This document shows, piece by piece, positions 27,919 to 40,100 of a stretch of 64,000 nucleotides of DNA. Position 1 is the first letter of the stretch. The number at the start of each line of letters is the position of its first letter. This DNA is from Tolypothrix carrinoi HA7290-LM1 (GTDB lineage: Bacteria; Cyanobacteriota; Cyanobacteriia; Cyanobacteriales; Nostocaceae). The notes under the pieces are model-generated. The model saw nothing but the letters and a program-made list of their open reading frames with translations. It did not search any database and was not told the DNA's origin. The stretch spans positions 1-64,000 of the forward strand of contig JAHHIK010000029.1 of NCBI GenBank assembly GCA_019358935.1. Reading direction: 5' to 3'. The position numbers and the translations under genes were made by a program.

Positions 27919-30900
27919 TCACTGACCAATCTGAGCCAGCAAGTTACTCAAATTTTCTTGATTTATGTTTGCTGCCGAAAAGTCTGAAGGGGTATACTCT
28001 GCTACTTCTAGAGAGCGACAGTGGGTGATAAGAGACTGGAGTGCTTCGACAAAACTATGAGATAGTTTCTCTATAGTTTCGCGTCGATGCACATTTGTGC
28101 TATAGCCAAATTCCAGTCTTAACTGACCTTCTTCATTAACCCATGCAGTCACGCCTAGCAAATGAGGACTAGTTCCTTTTGTACTGTACATTGCTCCAGT
28201 AGATTCTTCAGTTGGTCTGAGCATAGATTGATCAAATCTTCTACCAAACTGACCAAGGTAGAGAAAAAATACCTCTGCTTGAGGAAATGACCGAATTTTC
28301 TCTGTAAGTGTTGTATCCTCGCTCAGGTAGCGTAGTACTCCATGATCAATGGTTCTACTAGAAATGTCACGAAACTGCTCTTTAACGGCTTTCAATGCAT
28401 CCCCTGGATTCTCAGCCCCCTCTAAATCCAACAGCACAGGATAAAGAGTAGTCAGCCAACCTACTGTCCGTGATACATTCACATTATCTATAGTGGTATT
28501 TGCGTCTCGTGCATCTTCTTCGGTATTAAACAGTAGCCATTTTATGCCTGTCCATTGTTTAAAAGCTTGTACAAGAGCAGTCAGCAGAACTTCTTGTGTA
28601 TTAGTTCGATAAACTGCTAGAACCTCCTGAAGTAATGCCTGAGTTTCTGTTTCGGTTAACGCTACTGAGACACTTTGATCTGATGTTACGGTGTTAATGC
28701 CTCCAGAATAATCGATTGGTAAGTGATAAACCTGTTTGTAACGTTCGTTTAGGCAGGAATTTAGCCTTTTCTGCATCTTTTCAGAGTGAGCGTATTCCTT
28801 TAGTCGTTCAGACCACTGCTTGAAAGAGGTTGTTTTCTCCGGCAGTTGAATGGCTTTACCTTGGTTAAGCTGTTGATAAGCAGTCTCAAGATCCTCTAGT
28901 AAGATTCGCCAAGAGCCGAAATCTACTGCCAAGTGGTGGATGATAATGAGCAAGCGGCTTGACTTGTTGACACCCAGATTAAAAAGCACACCCCGTACAA
29001 TTGGCCCCTCTGACAGGTTCAAGCTAGCTTGTAGTTCCGTGGCGGTTGCTTCCATAGAACATTTTTGAACTTCAGGTGAAAACGCTGATAAATCTGTATA
29101 TATCAAATTCACCTGATTTTCCAAGCCAGTATTTACCTGCTGCCAGCCAGATTCAGAGGGGATAAACCGAAGGCGAAGTGCATCGTGATGTATGAATAAA
29201 TGCAGCCATGCCTGTTCAAACAAAGCTGGATCGAGAACTTGCATTACCTCTACAAAGAATGCCATGTTCCAGTGGTGTGGTTCTGATAAATTCTGTTCAA
29301 AGAACCAGTGCTGGATAGGTGTAAGAGCAAGCGAACCAGTTACTAAACCTTGCTCAGCCTGGACAACTTGCTTTGTACTTGTCACCTCTGCCAGTTCGGC
29401 AATTGTCTGATGTTCAAACAATTGCTGAGGGGCAAGTCGATAACCTGCTTTAGCAGCTCTGGCACTAACTTGAATGCCAAGGACGGAATCTCCCCCTAAC
29501 TCAAAAAAGTTATCGTGAATCCCTACTTGCTCAATACCAAGGAGCTCTTGCCAAATATTGGCAATGGTTTGCTCTACCTCACTTGTAGGAGCAATATAGG
29601 CATTATCTAAATTAGGTCTTAAATAAAGTGAAGCGGAACTGGCTTTTTGTGCAAGTTGAGAACCTTGACTAAATTCAAGTTTAATCCATCTTTTGATACT
29701 AGTTTGTAAATCTACCGTTGATGTTACTACTTGGGTAAATTTATTTAGAGATAAAGCACGTTTAAAAACCTCCAGTCCTTCTTGCCTTGTCATCATCGAA
29801 TCCGCACCTTTGGGTAAGGTTACTGATTCGGAGGATTTTTGAGTAATCCAATCACCATAATTGATACTCTGCCAGGGAACAAGGCTTGTTTGGTTATGTT
29901 TATGTACAAAAGCATCAGTGAATAGGTGCGCTGCTGGATAAGCAGCCATCCCCATTACCCCCAAAATAGATGCTAATGAGGATATTACTACACAAAAATC
30001 AAGCTCTTTTCCTTGTAGGATATTTTCTAAGACAAATAATCCATAGCCTGTTGAGCTTAATTGACTTTCACACTCAGTTTTACTTATCTGTTGAACAGTG
30101 CTAAACAACTTTATCCCTGCTGCATGGATTACACCATGAACGTGACCAAAGCGGTTTGATGCTTGAGTCATTACTGCTTGCATTTGTTCGAGATTAGCAA
30201 CATCGGCGCGGCAAATTAGAACTTCAGCACCCAAGGCTTCTAATGCTTGCACTTTCTGGATTTTGCGACTGATATCATCGTTCTCATCATGAGTTGCCAA
30301 CCATTGAGACCAATCTTGTTTTAAGGGAAAACTGGAACGCCGTGTAAGAATTAGCTTGGCACGCGCTGTTTGGGCTAGATATTCTGCCAGTACCAAGCCA
30401 ACATCTCCTAGACCACCAGCAATTAAGTATACTCCCCCTTCCTTGATGGGAATTGCTTCCTCATCTGGCTCCTGAAGTTGTATTGGTTCAAAAGTTTGCA
30501 CCCATCGGTGCTTTCCACGGTAGGCAACCATGTTCTCTGATGCCTTGTGGGTGAGTTCTGCTAAGAGTTGATCTATCAGTTGATTTTCTTGGGGTGTCCC
30601 TGATTCAGGAATGACTACATCAATATTACGACAGGTGATATTGGGATACTCTTGGGGAATCACCTTACAGATTCCCATGACAGTCGCCTTTTCCGGGCAT
30701 AACTTTTCGTCGCCGTTTACTTCTTGTACATTGTTGGTAACAACTAGAATTTGAATAGTATCGGTAACTTCTTGTCTTCCCAACGCTTGTGCTAGGAAAA
30801 GTAGACTATAAAAACCATTATTTTGACATTCCTCAAAGAACTGATGAGGTAATTCTCCCTCTACGTTGGGGATGAGACTCCAAAAATGGCTGATGGCATT

Positions 30901-33900
30901 AGGGTTTAAATCCAATGAATCAAGTTCTTTCAGCAAAGCATCATAGTCACTACTTGTTTGTGGATTTATTGCGTAAGAGCGATCGCCCAGTTGGCTAAAC
31001 TGCTTTCCAACAGTCACAGTAATGACATCATGCCCCTGTAATTCCAACTGTTTGCCAATTTCTGAACCAATTTTAAGAGTATCAATAAACACTAAATAAC
31101 ATAACTTTTGTGCTGGTTTTGCTGCTATATGCCCAGAGCGTTTCCAGGAGGGGATATAAAACCAGTCAGCAATATCCGGTTTTTTCTGTAATGCTTGCGG
31201 CGATCGCGTTGCCAAATTAGCTTCAGGGTTGGCATCAATCCAGTAACGCTGACGTTCAAAAGGATACGTCGGTAAGGGGATGCGACCGCGTTGTTCATTG
31301 GCATAAAAACCAGACCAATGTACTTCTACCCCTTCCAGCCAAAGGCGACCCAATGTAGTCATTAAAAATGCAACATCTGACTGTTGCTCGTAGGAATGCC
31401 TCAGGGAGGGGAGCATCACCGATTTAGCTCTATCGTCACTTTCTAGACATTGTGATGCGAAACTAATTAATGCTTGACCTGGACCAACCTCTAATAAAAT
31501 CGGATTGTCTTTTTGCCACAACTGTTGCACTCCCGAAGCAAAGCGTACTGCTTGACAGAGGTGCTTAACCCAATAACTGGGATCTGTTGCTTGCTCTACT
31601 GTAATCCAGGTTCCGGTGACGTTAGAAACATAGGGAATTTTCGGGGGTTTAAGGCTAAATGTTTTGACTAAATCGCCAAAGGCTGGTGCGATCGCCTCCA
31701 TCATCACAGAATGAAAAGCATGAGAAGTCTGCAAACGCTTACCGACTAAATTTTGCTCGCTTAATTGTTGTTCCCATTCTTCCACAGCATCTGTGGCACC
31801 TGCAATCACACACAACGATGAACCGTTGATTGCAGACATGGAGATTTTCTCATTCAAGAGGGGCTGTATCTCTTCCTCTGAAAGCGGAACTGCCAGCATT
31901 GCCCCTTCAGGCAACTCTTGAATCATTTGCGCTCTTTTAGCTACCAGGGTTAAAGCATCTTCCAGAGACAAAACCTCGGCTAGAGTTGCTGCTACATATT
32001 CACCGATGCTGTAGCCAATCATCGCCGCAGGACGAATTCCCCACGATATCCACAACTGAGCTAAAGCATATTCAATGACAAATATAGCAGGTTGCGAGAG
32101 AAAGGTTTGATTCAGTAGAGACGTTGCACGCAAAGTTTCTACATCCGCTTGTTCCTCCCCACGACCTAACATTTTTCGCAAATCTAGCCCAGGTGAGAGA
32201 GTATTTTGTTTTTGCTTGCTGCCATTCTCACTGTTTCTATTCGGATACAAAACATCTCGCAAATCCAGACCAAGTTCGGGTTTGAGGAGTTCGCAGCATT
32301 GGTCAACTGAGGCGCGAAATGTTGGCTCAGTTTGGTAAAGCTCAAGAGCCATATCAATGTAGTGAGTTCCCAGTCCAGAGAACATGAAGGCAACAGGGCG
32401 TTGCTTAGTTTTCTGAGTACTGGTGATAACTCGCTTTGGTTCTTGAAGTGCCTTGACAGCATCTTGGATATCTCGGCAGACAACCGTGCGCCGATAGTCG
32501 AAAGCTCTTCGCCCAACCTGCAATGTGTAAGCCGCATCGGCAAGGTTTAAATCGGGATGTTCTCGGAAATAATTAGCTAAATTTGTTGTAGCCGTTTCCA
32601 GCGCTGAACTGGTTTTAGCGGATAGCATCAACAACTGCCAAGGGCGAGAATGTAGAGACGCAGTTGCGGTCTCTACAACCGGGGCTTCTTCGAGAACTAC
32701 ATGGGCATTGGTTCCCCCTAATCCAAAGGAACTAACTCCCGCACGTCGGGGAGTGCCATTACTTTGCCACTCGGCAAGTTTGGTATTGACGTAGAAAGGA
32801 CTGTTGGCAAAGTCAATTTCGGGATTAGGCGAAGAATAGTGTAAGCTCGGAGGTATTTGTTTGTGCTTGAGGGCTAAGACGGTTTTGATTAATCCCGCCA
32901 CACCAGCTGCTGTGTCCAAATGTCCAATGTTGGTTTTGACGGAACCAATGGCGCAGAAGCCTTTCTTTTGGGTACTTGCCCCAAAAGCTTGTGTCAGGGC
33001 GGCAATTTCAATGGGATCTCCTAAAGCTGTTCCTGTTCCGTGAGTCTCAATGTAAGTAATACTCTCAGGCTCTACCTCAGCTACTAATTGGGCTGTTCTA
33101 ATTGCCTTTGCTTGAGTGTCGATGCGGGGTGCGGTATAGCTGACCTTGAATGAACCATCATTATTGATAGCTGAACCTTTGATTACAGCATGAATGCGAT
33201 CGCGATGCAAGAGAGCATCTTCTAATCGCTTTAACACTACAATGCCTACACCCTCGCCCCCCACAGAACCCTGTGCATTAGCATCAAATGCACGGCAGTG
33301 TCCGTCAGGAGACACTATTCCTCCTTCTGTATACAAATATCCAGATTTTCTTTCCGCACTTATGGCAACGCCACCAGCTAAAGCGATATCACATTCACCA
33401 TTCAGCAAGCTTTGGCAAGCTAAGTGAACAGCAACTAATGAAGTTGAGCAGGCAGTTTGCACAGCATAACTTGGACCTTCTAGGTTCAGTTTATAAGAGA
33501 CACGGGTGGTTAAAAAGTCTTTATTAGCGGCTATTGTCAGTTGCTGAGGATCAATAGAATTTACAACATTTTGATTTAGGTAAACATTTAGTAAGTAGCT
33601 GCTTAAACTAGATCCACCATAAACACCAATAGCACCTTTATAATTGTGTGAATCATATCCAGTACTTTCCAGAGCTGACCAAGCACACTCTAGAAAAATC
33701 CGATGTTGCGGATCAGTGATTTCTGCTTCTCTGGGATTAAAGCCAAAGAATGAAGCATCAAATAATTCTGCGTCTTCTAATATACCATGTGCTTTTACAT
33801 AGTTAGGGTCATTTAATATGGATAAACTTATACCTGATGATAATAATTCTTCATCACTGAAAAAAGATATTGATTCTACTCCATTTTGAAGATTTTTCCA

Positions 33901-33999
33901 GAATTCATCAATATTTTTTGCTCCAGCAAATCGCCCTGTTAAGCCTATAATTGCTATTTCTGAACCATTTAGAGAATTTGATGCTGTGGTAATACTCAT
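27919..33999 (-). CDS. PKS KS-AT-KR*-ACP with a C-terminal epimerization-type domain
   Basis: KS TACSTS; AT GYSIG and HAFH; carrier GGDSV; then TPIQHWFF, HHLAVDFGSW, SRTVGWLT, FLYLGQF and YTPSDF. Confidence 0.92.
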   Translation of the reverse strand: MSITTASNSLNGSEIAIIGLTGRFAGAKNIDEFWKNLQNGVESISFFSDEELLSSGISLSILNDPNYVKAHGILEDAELFDASFFGFNPREAEITDPQHRIFLECAWSALESTGYDSHNYKGAIGVYGGSSLSSYLLNVYLNQNVVNSIDPQQLTIAANKDFLTTRVSYKLNLEGPSYAVQTACSTSLVAVHLACQSLLNGECDIALAGGVAISAERKSGYLYTEGGIVSPDGHCRAFDANAQGSVGGEGVGIVVLKRLEDALLHRDRIHAVIKGSAINNDGSFKVSYTAPRIDTQAKAIRTAQLVAEVEPESITYIETHGTGTALGDPIEIAALTQAFGASTQKKGFCAIGSVKTNIGHLDTAAGVAGLIKTVLALKHKQIPPSLHYSSPNPEIDFANSPFYVNTKLAEWQSNGTPRRAGVSSFGLGGTNAHVVLEEAPVVETATASLHSRPWQLLMLSAKTSSALETATTNLANYFREHPDLNLADAAYTLQVGRRAFDYRRTVVCRDIQDAVKALQEPKRVITSTQKTKQRPVAFMFSGLGTHYIDMALELYQTEPTFRASVDQCCELLKPELGLDLRDVLYPNRNSENGSKQKQNTLSPGLDLRKMLGRGEEQADVETLRATSLLNQTFLSQPAIFVIEYALAQLWISWGIRPAAMIGYSIGEYVAATLAEVLSLEDALTLVAKRAQMIQELPEGAMLAVPLSEEEIQPLLNEKISMSAINGSSLCVIAGATDAVEEWEQQLSEQNLVGKRLQTSHAFHSVMMEAIAPAFGDLVKTFSLKPPKIPYVSNVTGTWITVEQATDPSYWVKHLCQAVRFASGVQQLWQKDNPILLEVGPGQALISFASQCLESDDRAKSVMLPSLRHSYEQQSDVAFLMTTLGRLWLEGVEVHWSGFYANEQRGRIPLPTYPFERQRYWIDANPEANLATRSPQALQKKPDIADWFYIPSWKRSGHIAAKPAQKLCYLVFIDTLKIGSEIGKQLELQGHDVITVTVGKQFSQLGDRSYAINPQTSSDYDALLKELDSLDLNPNAISHFWSLIPNVEGELPHQFFEECQNNGFYSLLFLAQALGRQEVTDTIQILVVTNNVQEVNGDEKLCPEKATVMGICKVIPQEYPNITCRNIDVVIPESGTPQENQLIDQLLAELTHKASENMVAYRGKHRWVQTFEPIQLQEPDEEAIPIKEGGVYLIAGGLGDVGLVLAEYLAQTARAKLILTRRSSFPLKQDWSQWLATHDENDDISRKIQKVQALEALGAEVLICRADVANLEQMQAVMTQASNRFGHVHGVIHAAGIKLFSTVQQISKTECESQLSSTGYGLFVLENILQGKELDFCVVISSLASILGVMGMAAYPAAHLFTDAFVHKHNQTSLVPWQSINYGDWITQKSSESVTLPKGADSMMTRQEGLEVFKRALSLNKFTQVVTSTVDLQTSIKRWIKLEFSQGSQLAQKASSASLYLRPNLDNAYIAPTSEVEQTIANIWQELLGIEQVGIHDNFFELGGDSVLGIQVSARAAKAGYRLAPQQLFEHQTIAELAEVTSTKQVVQAEQGLVTGSLALTPIQHWFFEQNLSEPHHWNMAFFVEVMQVLDPALFEQAWLHLFIHHDALRLRFIPSESGWQQVNTGLENQVNLIYTDLSAFSPEVQKCSMEATATELQASLNLSEGPIVRGVLFNLGVNKSSRLLIIIHHLAVDFGSWRILLEDLETAYQQLNQGKAIQLPEKTTSFKQWSERLKEYAHSEKMQKRLNSCLNERYKQVYHLPIDYSGGINTVTSDQSVSVALTETETQALLQEVLAVYRTNTQEVLLTALVQAFKQWTGIKWLLFNTEEDARDANTTIDNVNVSRTVGWLTTLYPVLLDLEGAENPGDALKAVKEQFRDISSRTIDHGVLRYLSEDTTLTEKIRSFPQAEVFFLYLGQFGRRFDQSMLRPTEESTGAMYSTKGTSPHLLGVTAWVNEEGQLRLEFGYSTNVHRRETIEKLSHSFVEALQSLITHCRSLEVAEYTPSDFSAANINQENLSNLLAQIGQ
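32115..32142. repeat. Palindromic small dispersed repeat, in frame in the AT domain
   Basis: GTAGAGACGTTGCACGCAAAGTTTCTAC encodes VETLRATSL; it is absent at the equivalent site of the paralogous AT (~52860-52890). Confidence 0.6.
32651..32677. repeat. Palindromic small dispersed repeat, in frame in the KS-AT linker
   Basis: TGTAGAGAC-gcagttgcg-GTCTCTACA, a perfect 9-bp IR. Confidence 0.65.
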
Positions 34000-34118
34000 A
34001 ACTTTGCTTCACCCTTAATTATTGTCAATAAATCTAACTTACACAGACGCTTCATTTCGTGAGCTTTACGAGCTATAAGTTTACATAATTTAATTTTGTC
34101 ATATTACTAATTATTCAA

Positions 34119-37100
34119 TTAATTATAAGTATTTTCAATAGATTTAATTTTTTGCAGACGTTTTCTTTGTTGAGCTTTTCCATCTGCAATTTTCTCCCTC
34201 ACATTAACCATAATATCAGAAGATGGCTGTTTATTTTTTAAGTGATTAAGATAATTTGCTAAGGAGTTTATAGTCGGATATCTAAATAGATCGAGGACAG
34301 ATAAATCCTTCTTCAATATTTCACGTAATTTACCATGAACTTGAACCAAGAATAATGAATGACCACCAAGTTCAAAAAAGTTATCATGAATTCCTACCTC
34401 TTCAACTTGAAGTAATTTCTGCCAAATATCAGCAATAGTTTTTTCTACCTCAGTTTGGGGTGGCTGATAAACTACTTCCAATTCTGGACGTACTGTATCA
34501 GGTGCAGGTAGTGCCTTACGGTCAACCTTACCATTGGGTGTTAGTGGTAGTGCCTCTAATGTGACAAAAGCTGCTGGCATCATGTAGTTCGGCAACTTTG
34601 ACTCTAAAAAACTACGTAGTTCAGAAATTGTTAGTGTTTGCTCTTTTTGAGGAACTACATAAGCAACTATTCGTTGAGAGTCTGCTGAACCTTCGCTGAC
34701 TATAACTACAGTTTCTCGCACTACTGGGTATTGGCTGATTACTGCCTCTATTTCTCCCAGTTCAATCCGGAAACCACGTATCTTGACTTGGTGGTCAATC
34801 CGACCTAAATATTCAATGTCTCCATTCGGCAGATAGCGGGCTAAATCACCAGATTTATAAAGGCGTGCGCTTGGTTTGTCACTAAAGGGATTAGAAATAA
34901 ATCTTTGGGCTGTTAGTTCTGGTCGGTTTAAATAACCCCGTACCACACCAGCACCACCAATATACATTTCACCTGGTACTGCAATAGGTACTGGCTGCCC
35001 ATAGCTATCTAGTAAGTAAACTTGCAAGTCAGGAATTGGACGACCAATAACACTTGCTGGTGCTACTTCTAAGTCTGCTATTTTTAGCGGACGATATGTG
35101 ACATGCACGGTCGTTTCCGTAATACCGTACATATTGACTAACTGTGGTGACTCGTCGCCATGACGCTCAAACCAAGGTCTTAAACTCTCAAGTTGCAACG
35201 CTTCTCCACCAAAAATTACTTTTCGCAGGCTTAAGTTGTTACTATTTCCCAGCGATTTCTCTACCTGCATCAGTTGACGGAAAGCGGAAGGTGTCTGGTT
35301 AAGTATCGTTACTTGCTGTGTTAATAGTAATTTATAAAAGTCTTCAGGTGAACGACTCAGCCAGTACGGTACTACTATCAATCGTCCACCATAAAGTAAG
35401 GCACCCCAGATTTCCCAAACGGAAAAATCAAAGGCTATAGAATGGAATAGTGTCCATACATCCTGTTGGTTAAAGTTATACCAGAATTCAGTTGTTGCCA
35501 ACAGACGAACTACATTGCTGTGATTGACTAAGACACCCTTGGGTTGACCTGTTGAGCCAGAGGTGTAGATAATATAAGCTAGGTTATCAGTTGTACATTC
35601 ACTAATTGGATTTTGTAAGCTTTGTTGAGCTATACTTTCCCAATTCGTGTCTAGACAAACAACGCTAATCTGATTTTTCGGTAAATTCTCTATCAGGTGC
35701 TGCTGTGTTAGTAATACTGACACCTGAGCATCTTGCAATATGAAAGCTAAACGTTCTGGTGGATACGCCGGGTCTAAGGGTACATATGCACCACCTGCTT
35801 TGAGGATGGCTAATAGTCCGATGACCATTAAGAGCGATCGCTCTACACAAATCCCTACCAATACCTCTGGTTTTACACCCAGCGAGCGCAAATAATGCGC
35901 CAATTGGTTAGCTTTTGCGTTCAGTTCCCCATAGGTTAGCTGTTTATCTTCAAATACTACTGCTACTGCATCAGGCGTTTTTTCTACCTGCGCTTCAAAC
36001 AACTGATGGATACATAGCTGTTGAGAATATTCAACTTCTGTATTATTCCACTCCCGCAGCAATTGATGCTGCTCAGATTTCGTCAACAGTGGTAACTCCG
36101 ACAAACGCTGCTGTGGATTAGCAACAATTCCTTCAAGCAACGTTTGCAAATGACCCGCCATTCTTTGTATAGAACTTTCCTCAAATAAATCAGTATTGTA
36201 TTCTAAACTTCCAACTAGCCCCTCCTCTATTTCTGTCATAGATAGGGTTAAATCAAACTGGGCAGTACCACTATCGCTTTCCAAGGGAGTTAAAGTCAAA
36301 CCAGGCAACTCTAAAACAGATATTGGTGCATTCTGAAGCACAAACATCACTTGAAATAGTGGTGTATGACTTAAGTCCCGCTGTGGTTGCAGTTGCTCAA
36401 CTAACAACTCAAAGGGCAAATCTTGATATGCATAAGCCCCTAGTGCTACTTCACGCACTCGTTTTAGTAGCTCTTCAAAGCTGGGATTTCCTGCCAAGTT
36501 AGTTCTCAATACCAGGGTATTGACAAAAAGTCCAATTAATCCTTCTATTTCCGCCCGGTTGCGGTTAGCGATCGGCGAACCGACCACAATATCTTCGCTA
36601 CCCGTATAACGCCCTAGCAGTGTTTGGAAACCTGCTAACAGGGTCATAAATAAAGTACTTCCCTGCTGCTGGCTTAATTTATTTAGGGCTGCGGATAATT
36701 CCGGAGATAACTTAAATGAGTAGGTCGCACCTCGGAAAGTCTGAATCGTCGGTCTTGGGTGGTCTGTGGGTAACTCTAATACTTTTGGTGCGTTCTCTAA
36801 ATGCTTAAGCCAATAAGATTTCTGAGTTTTGAGTACTTCTCCTTGTAACCATTGTCGTTGCCAAGCAGCGAAGTCTACATATTGTATTGGCAGTGCAGGC
36901 AACGATGAAGGTTGCTCATTACAGAAGGCTTGATAAAGTTTTGCCAACTCTTGCACTAGTACCCCGATTGACCAACCGTCAGAGACGATATGGTGCATTG
37001 TCAGTAGTATTATGTGTTCTTGTTCACCAAGACGTAATAGTTTTACTCTCAGTAGATGGTCGCTGCTGATGTCAAAGGGTTGTTGTGCATCTTGTGCAGC

Positions 37101-40100
37101 CTGTTGTTTAATTTCGGCTTCTTGTTGATTTGTAGGTAGTTCGCTAATATCGAATATTGACAACGTTAGGGGCTTTTCTTTCGAGATGACAGCTACTGCT
37201 TGCCCTTCTCTTGTTTGAAAATTGGTTCTCAACGCTTCATGGCGGCTGATAATTTCGTTAAAACTTTGTTGTAATGCTTCTACATTCAATTGTCCTTGTA
37301 GGCGAACAGCAGCAGGAATATTGTAGAATGGGCTGTCTGGTTCTAATTGAGCTAGGAACCATAATCGTTGTTGAGCAAATGATAGGGGTAATTCTGGCGA
37401 TCGCGCAATCCGCTCAATATTCGTCGCTTCAACTCCTGAATCTACCTTAATCGCTTTTTCAATTTCTTTTGCTAGCCCTGCTATTGTTGGTTTTTCAAAT
37501 AAATAACGTAAAGGAAGCTCTACTTGAAATACTTGCCGTATTTGGGACATTACGCGAGTGGCGATTAAGGAATGTCCTCCCAATTCAAAGAAATTATTAT
37601 CAATACCTACTTTATCTATACCGAGTACTTCTGCCCAAACACCCGCTAATAAATTCTCAATTGGTGTGGAAGGAGGGGTAATATTTGATGATGATACTTG
37701 TGTTAATTCGGGTGCAGGCAGCGCTTTGCGATCAAGCTTACCATTAGGCGTGAGCGGTAGTGCCTCCAATGTGACAAAAGCTGCTGGCACCATGTAGTTT
37801 GGCAACTTTGATTCTAAAAAGCTACGTAGTTCAGTGATTACCAGTGTTTGCTCTTTTTGAGCAACTACATAAGCGATTATTCGTTGAGAATTTGCTGAAT
37901 CTTCGCTGATTATAACTACAGTTTCTCGCACTGCTGGGTATTGGCTGATGAGTGTTTCGATTTCTCCCAGTTCAATCCGGAAACCACGGAGTTTCACTTG
38001 GTTATCAATCCGACCAATGTATTCTATCTCTCCATTCGGCAAATAACCGGCTAAATCTCCTGTTTTGTACAGACGTGCTGATTTATTACTAAAGGGATTG
38101 GGTATAAATTTTTCTGCTGTCAAATCAGGACGATGGAAATAGCCTCTTGCAAGTCCTTCCCCGCCGATACACAATTCGCCTGCTACACCCACAGGAACTA
38201 ACTGGTTATATTGGTCGAGGATATAAAGCTGCGTGTTTGCAATTGGGGAACTAATTGGTACGGTGTTGTTAACAGTTTGTACCAGCCTAGCGGCTGACCA
38301 AATGGTGGTTTCGGTGGGACCGTACATATTCCATAAAGAATCGCATCGGTCGAGTAACTGATTTGCTAGGTGTCTGGGTAAAGCTTCGCCACCACAGAGA
38401 ATTTTTAATTGATGATCTCCATCCCAACCTGCTGCCAAAAGTAGCTGCCATGTCGCTGGTGTGGCTTGCATGACCGTAGCTTTGGAGTCAGTTAGTTTTG
38501 CTGACAACTGTGTTCCGTCTGAGACAATTTCCCGGCTGGCGACTACCAAGCGAGCACCTACTATGATTGGCAGGAACAGTTCTAATGCCGCAATATCAAA
38601 GGAATAAGTAGTGACTGCTAGCAAGGTGTCTTCCTCAGTTAACCTTGGGGCTTGTCTCATGGAGTACAAAAAGTTGCTCAGAGCAATGTGGGGAATTTGC
38701 ACGCCTTTTGGTTTGCCTGTGGAACCAGAGGTATAGATGACATAAGCTAGGTTGTCAGCGGTTAGCTCAGAGAATAAATTTTCCTGGCTTTGTTGAGCTA
38801 TCAGATGCCAATCAGTATTTAAACAAACTACTTTAGCTTTGTGTTGCGGCATTGCCTCCAAAAGCGACGCTTGAGTTAGCAACACTGGCGCTTGTGAATC
38901 TTCTAGTATATAAGCTATGCGTTCTTGAGGATAGCTAGGGTCTAACGGTACATATGCACCACCTGCTTTGAGGATGGCTAATAACCCGATGACCATTAAG
39001 AGCGATCGCTCTACACAAATCCCTACCAATACCTCTGATTTTACACCCAGCGAGCGCAAGTAGTGTGCCAATTGGTTGGCTCTGGCATTTAGTTCCCAAT
39101 AGGTTAGCTGTTCATCTTCAAATACTACGGCTACTGCATCAGGCGTTCTTTCTACCTGCGTTTCAAATAATTCATGGATACATTTATCTTGCGGATACTC
39201 AACCTGAGTCTGATTCCACTCCACAAGTAACTGATGTCGCTCATGTTCTGTCAAGAGCGACAACTCACCAAGACGTTGCTGCTGATTGGTAGCCATGCCC
39301 TCTAGCAAAGTCTGCAAATGTCCTAGCATCCGTTTGATAGTGTCAGTATCGAAGCGATCGCTATCATCGCAACTAATCTTGAGCAACAACTCGTCACCTG
39401 GAATCACGATTAGGGTTATAGGATAGTTAGTCTTTTCAAAGCCATGAAAATCCTCTATCTCCAAATTTATATCCCTCTGCCGTACAGAAGCATCTATAGT
39501 ATAGTTCTCAAAAACTACTATACTCTCAAACAGAGATAAATCTTTAGGAACTTCGCTCCATCCTTGGACTTTCACTAACGGACAATACTCGTATTGACGT
39601 GCCTCAACTAGTTGATCTTTGATTTTCTCAAGCCAAGGCAAAAGAAATTCTTCGGGTGATACTTGTACTCTAATCGGCAGTGTGTTGATAAACAGCCCTA
39701 CCATAGACTCGGCTTTAGCTAAAGTAGAAGGACGACCAGAAGTTACTGCCCCAAAAACTACGTCCTCCTGACCACTGTAGCAACTTAATAGCAAAGCCCA
39801 AGCTCCCTGTACTAGGGTATTTAGCGTTAACTGGTGTTGCTTTGCTACAGATTGCAATGCTGCTGTTGTTACTACAGAAAGCTTTACTTCTCCCTCGTCA
39901 TAGTCATCCGTTTGAGTCAGTAATTTTCTAGCTCCTTGATTCACCGATAGCTGTGTCGGAGTGGTAAAACCTTTAAGCATCTGTCGCCAGAAAGTCTCAG
40001 CTTCAGATAGGTTTTGTTGCTGTAGCCAGACAATGTAATCTCGATACGGGCGAATTGATTCTAAGTATAAGTCTTGACCATTGCTGAAAGCTTTGTAACA

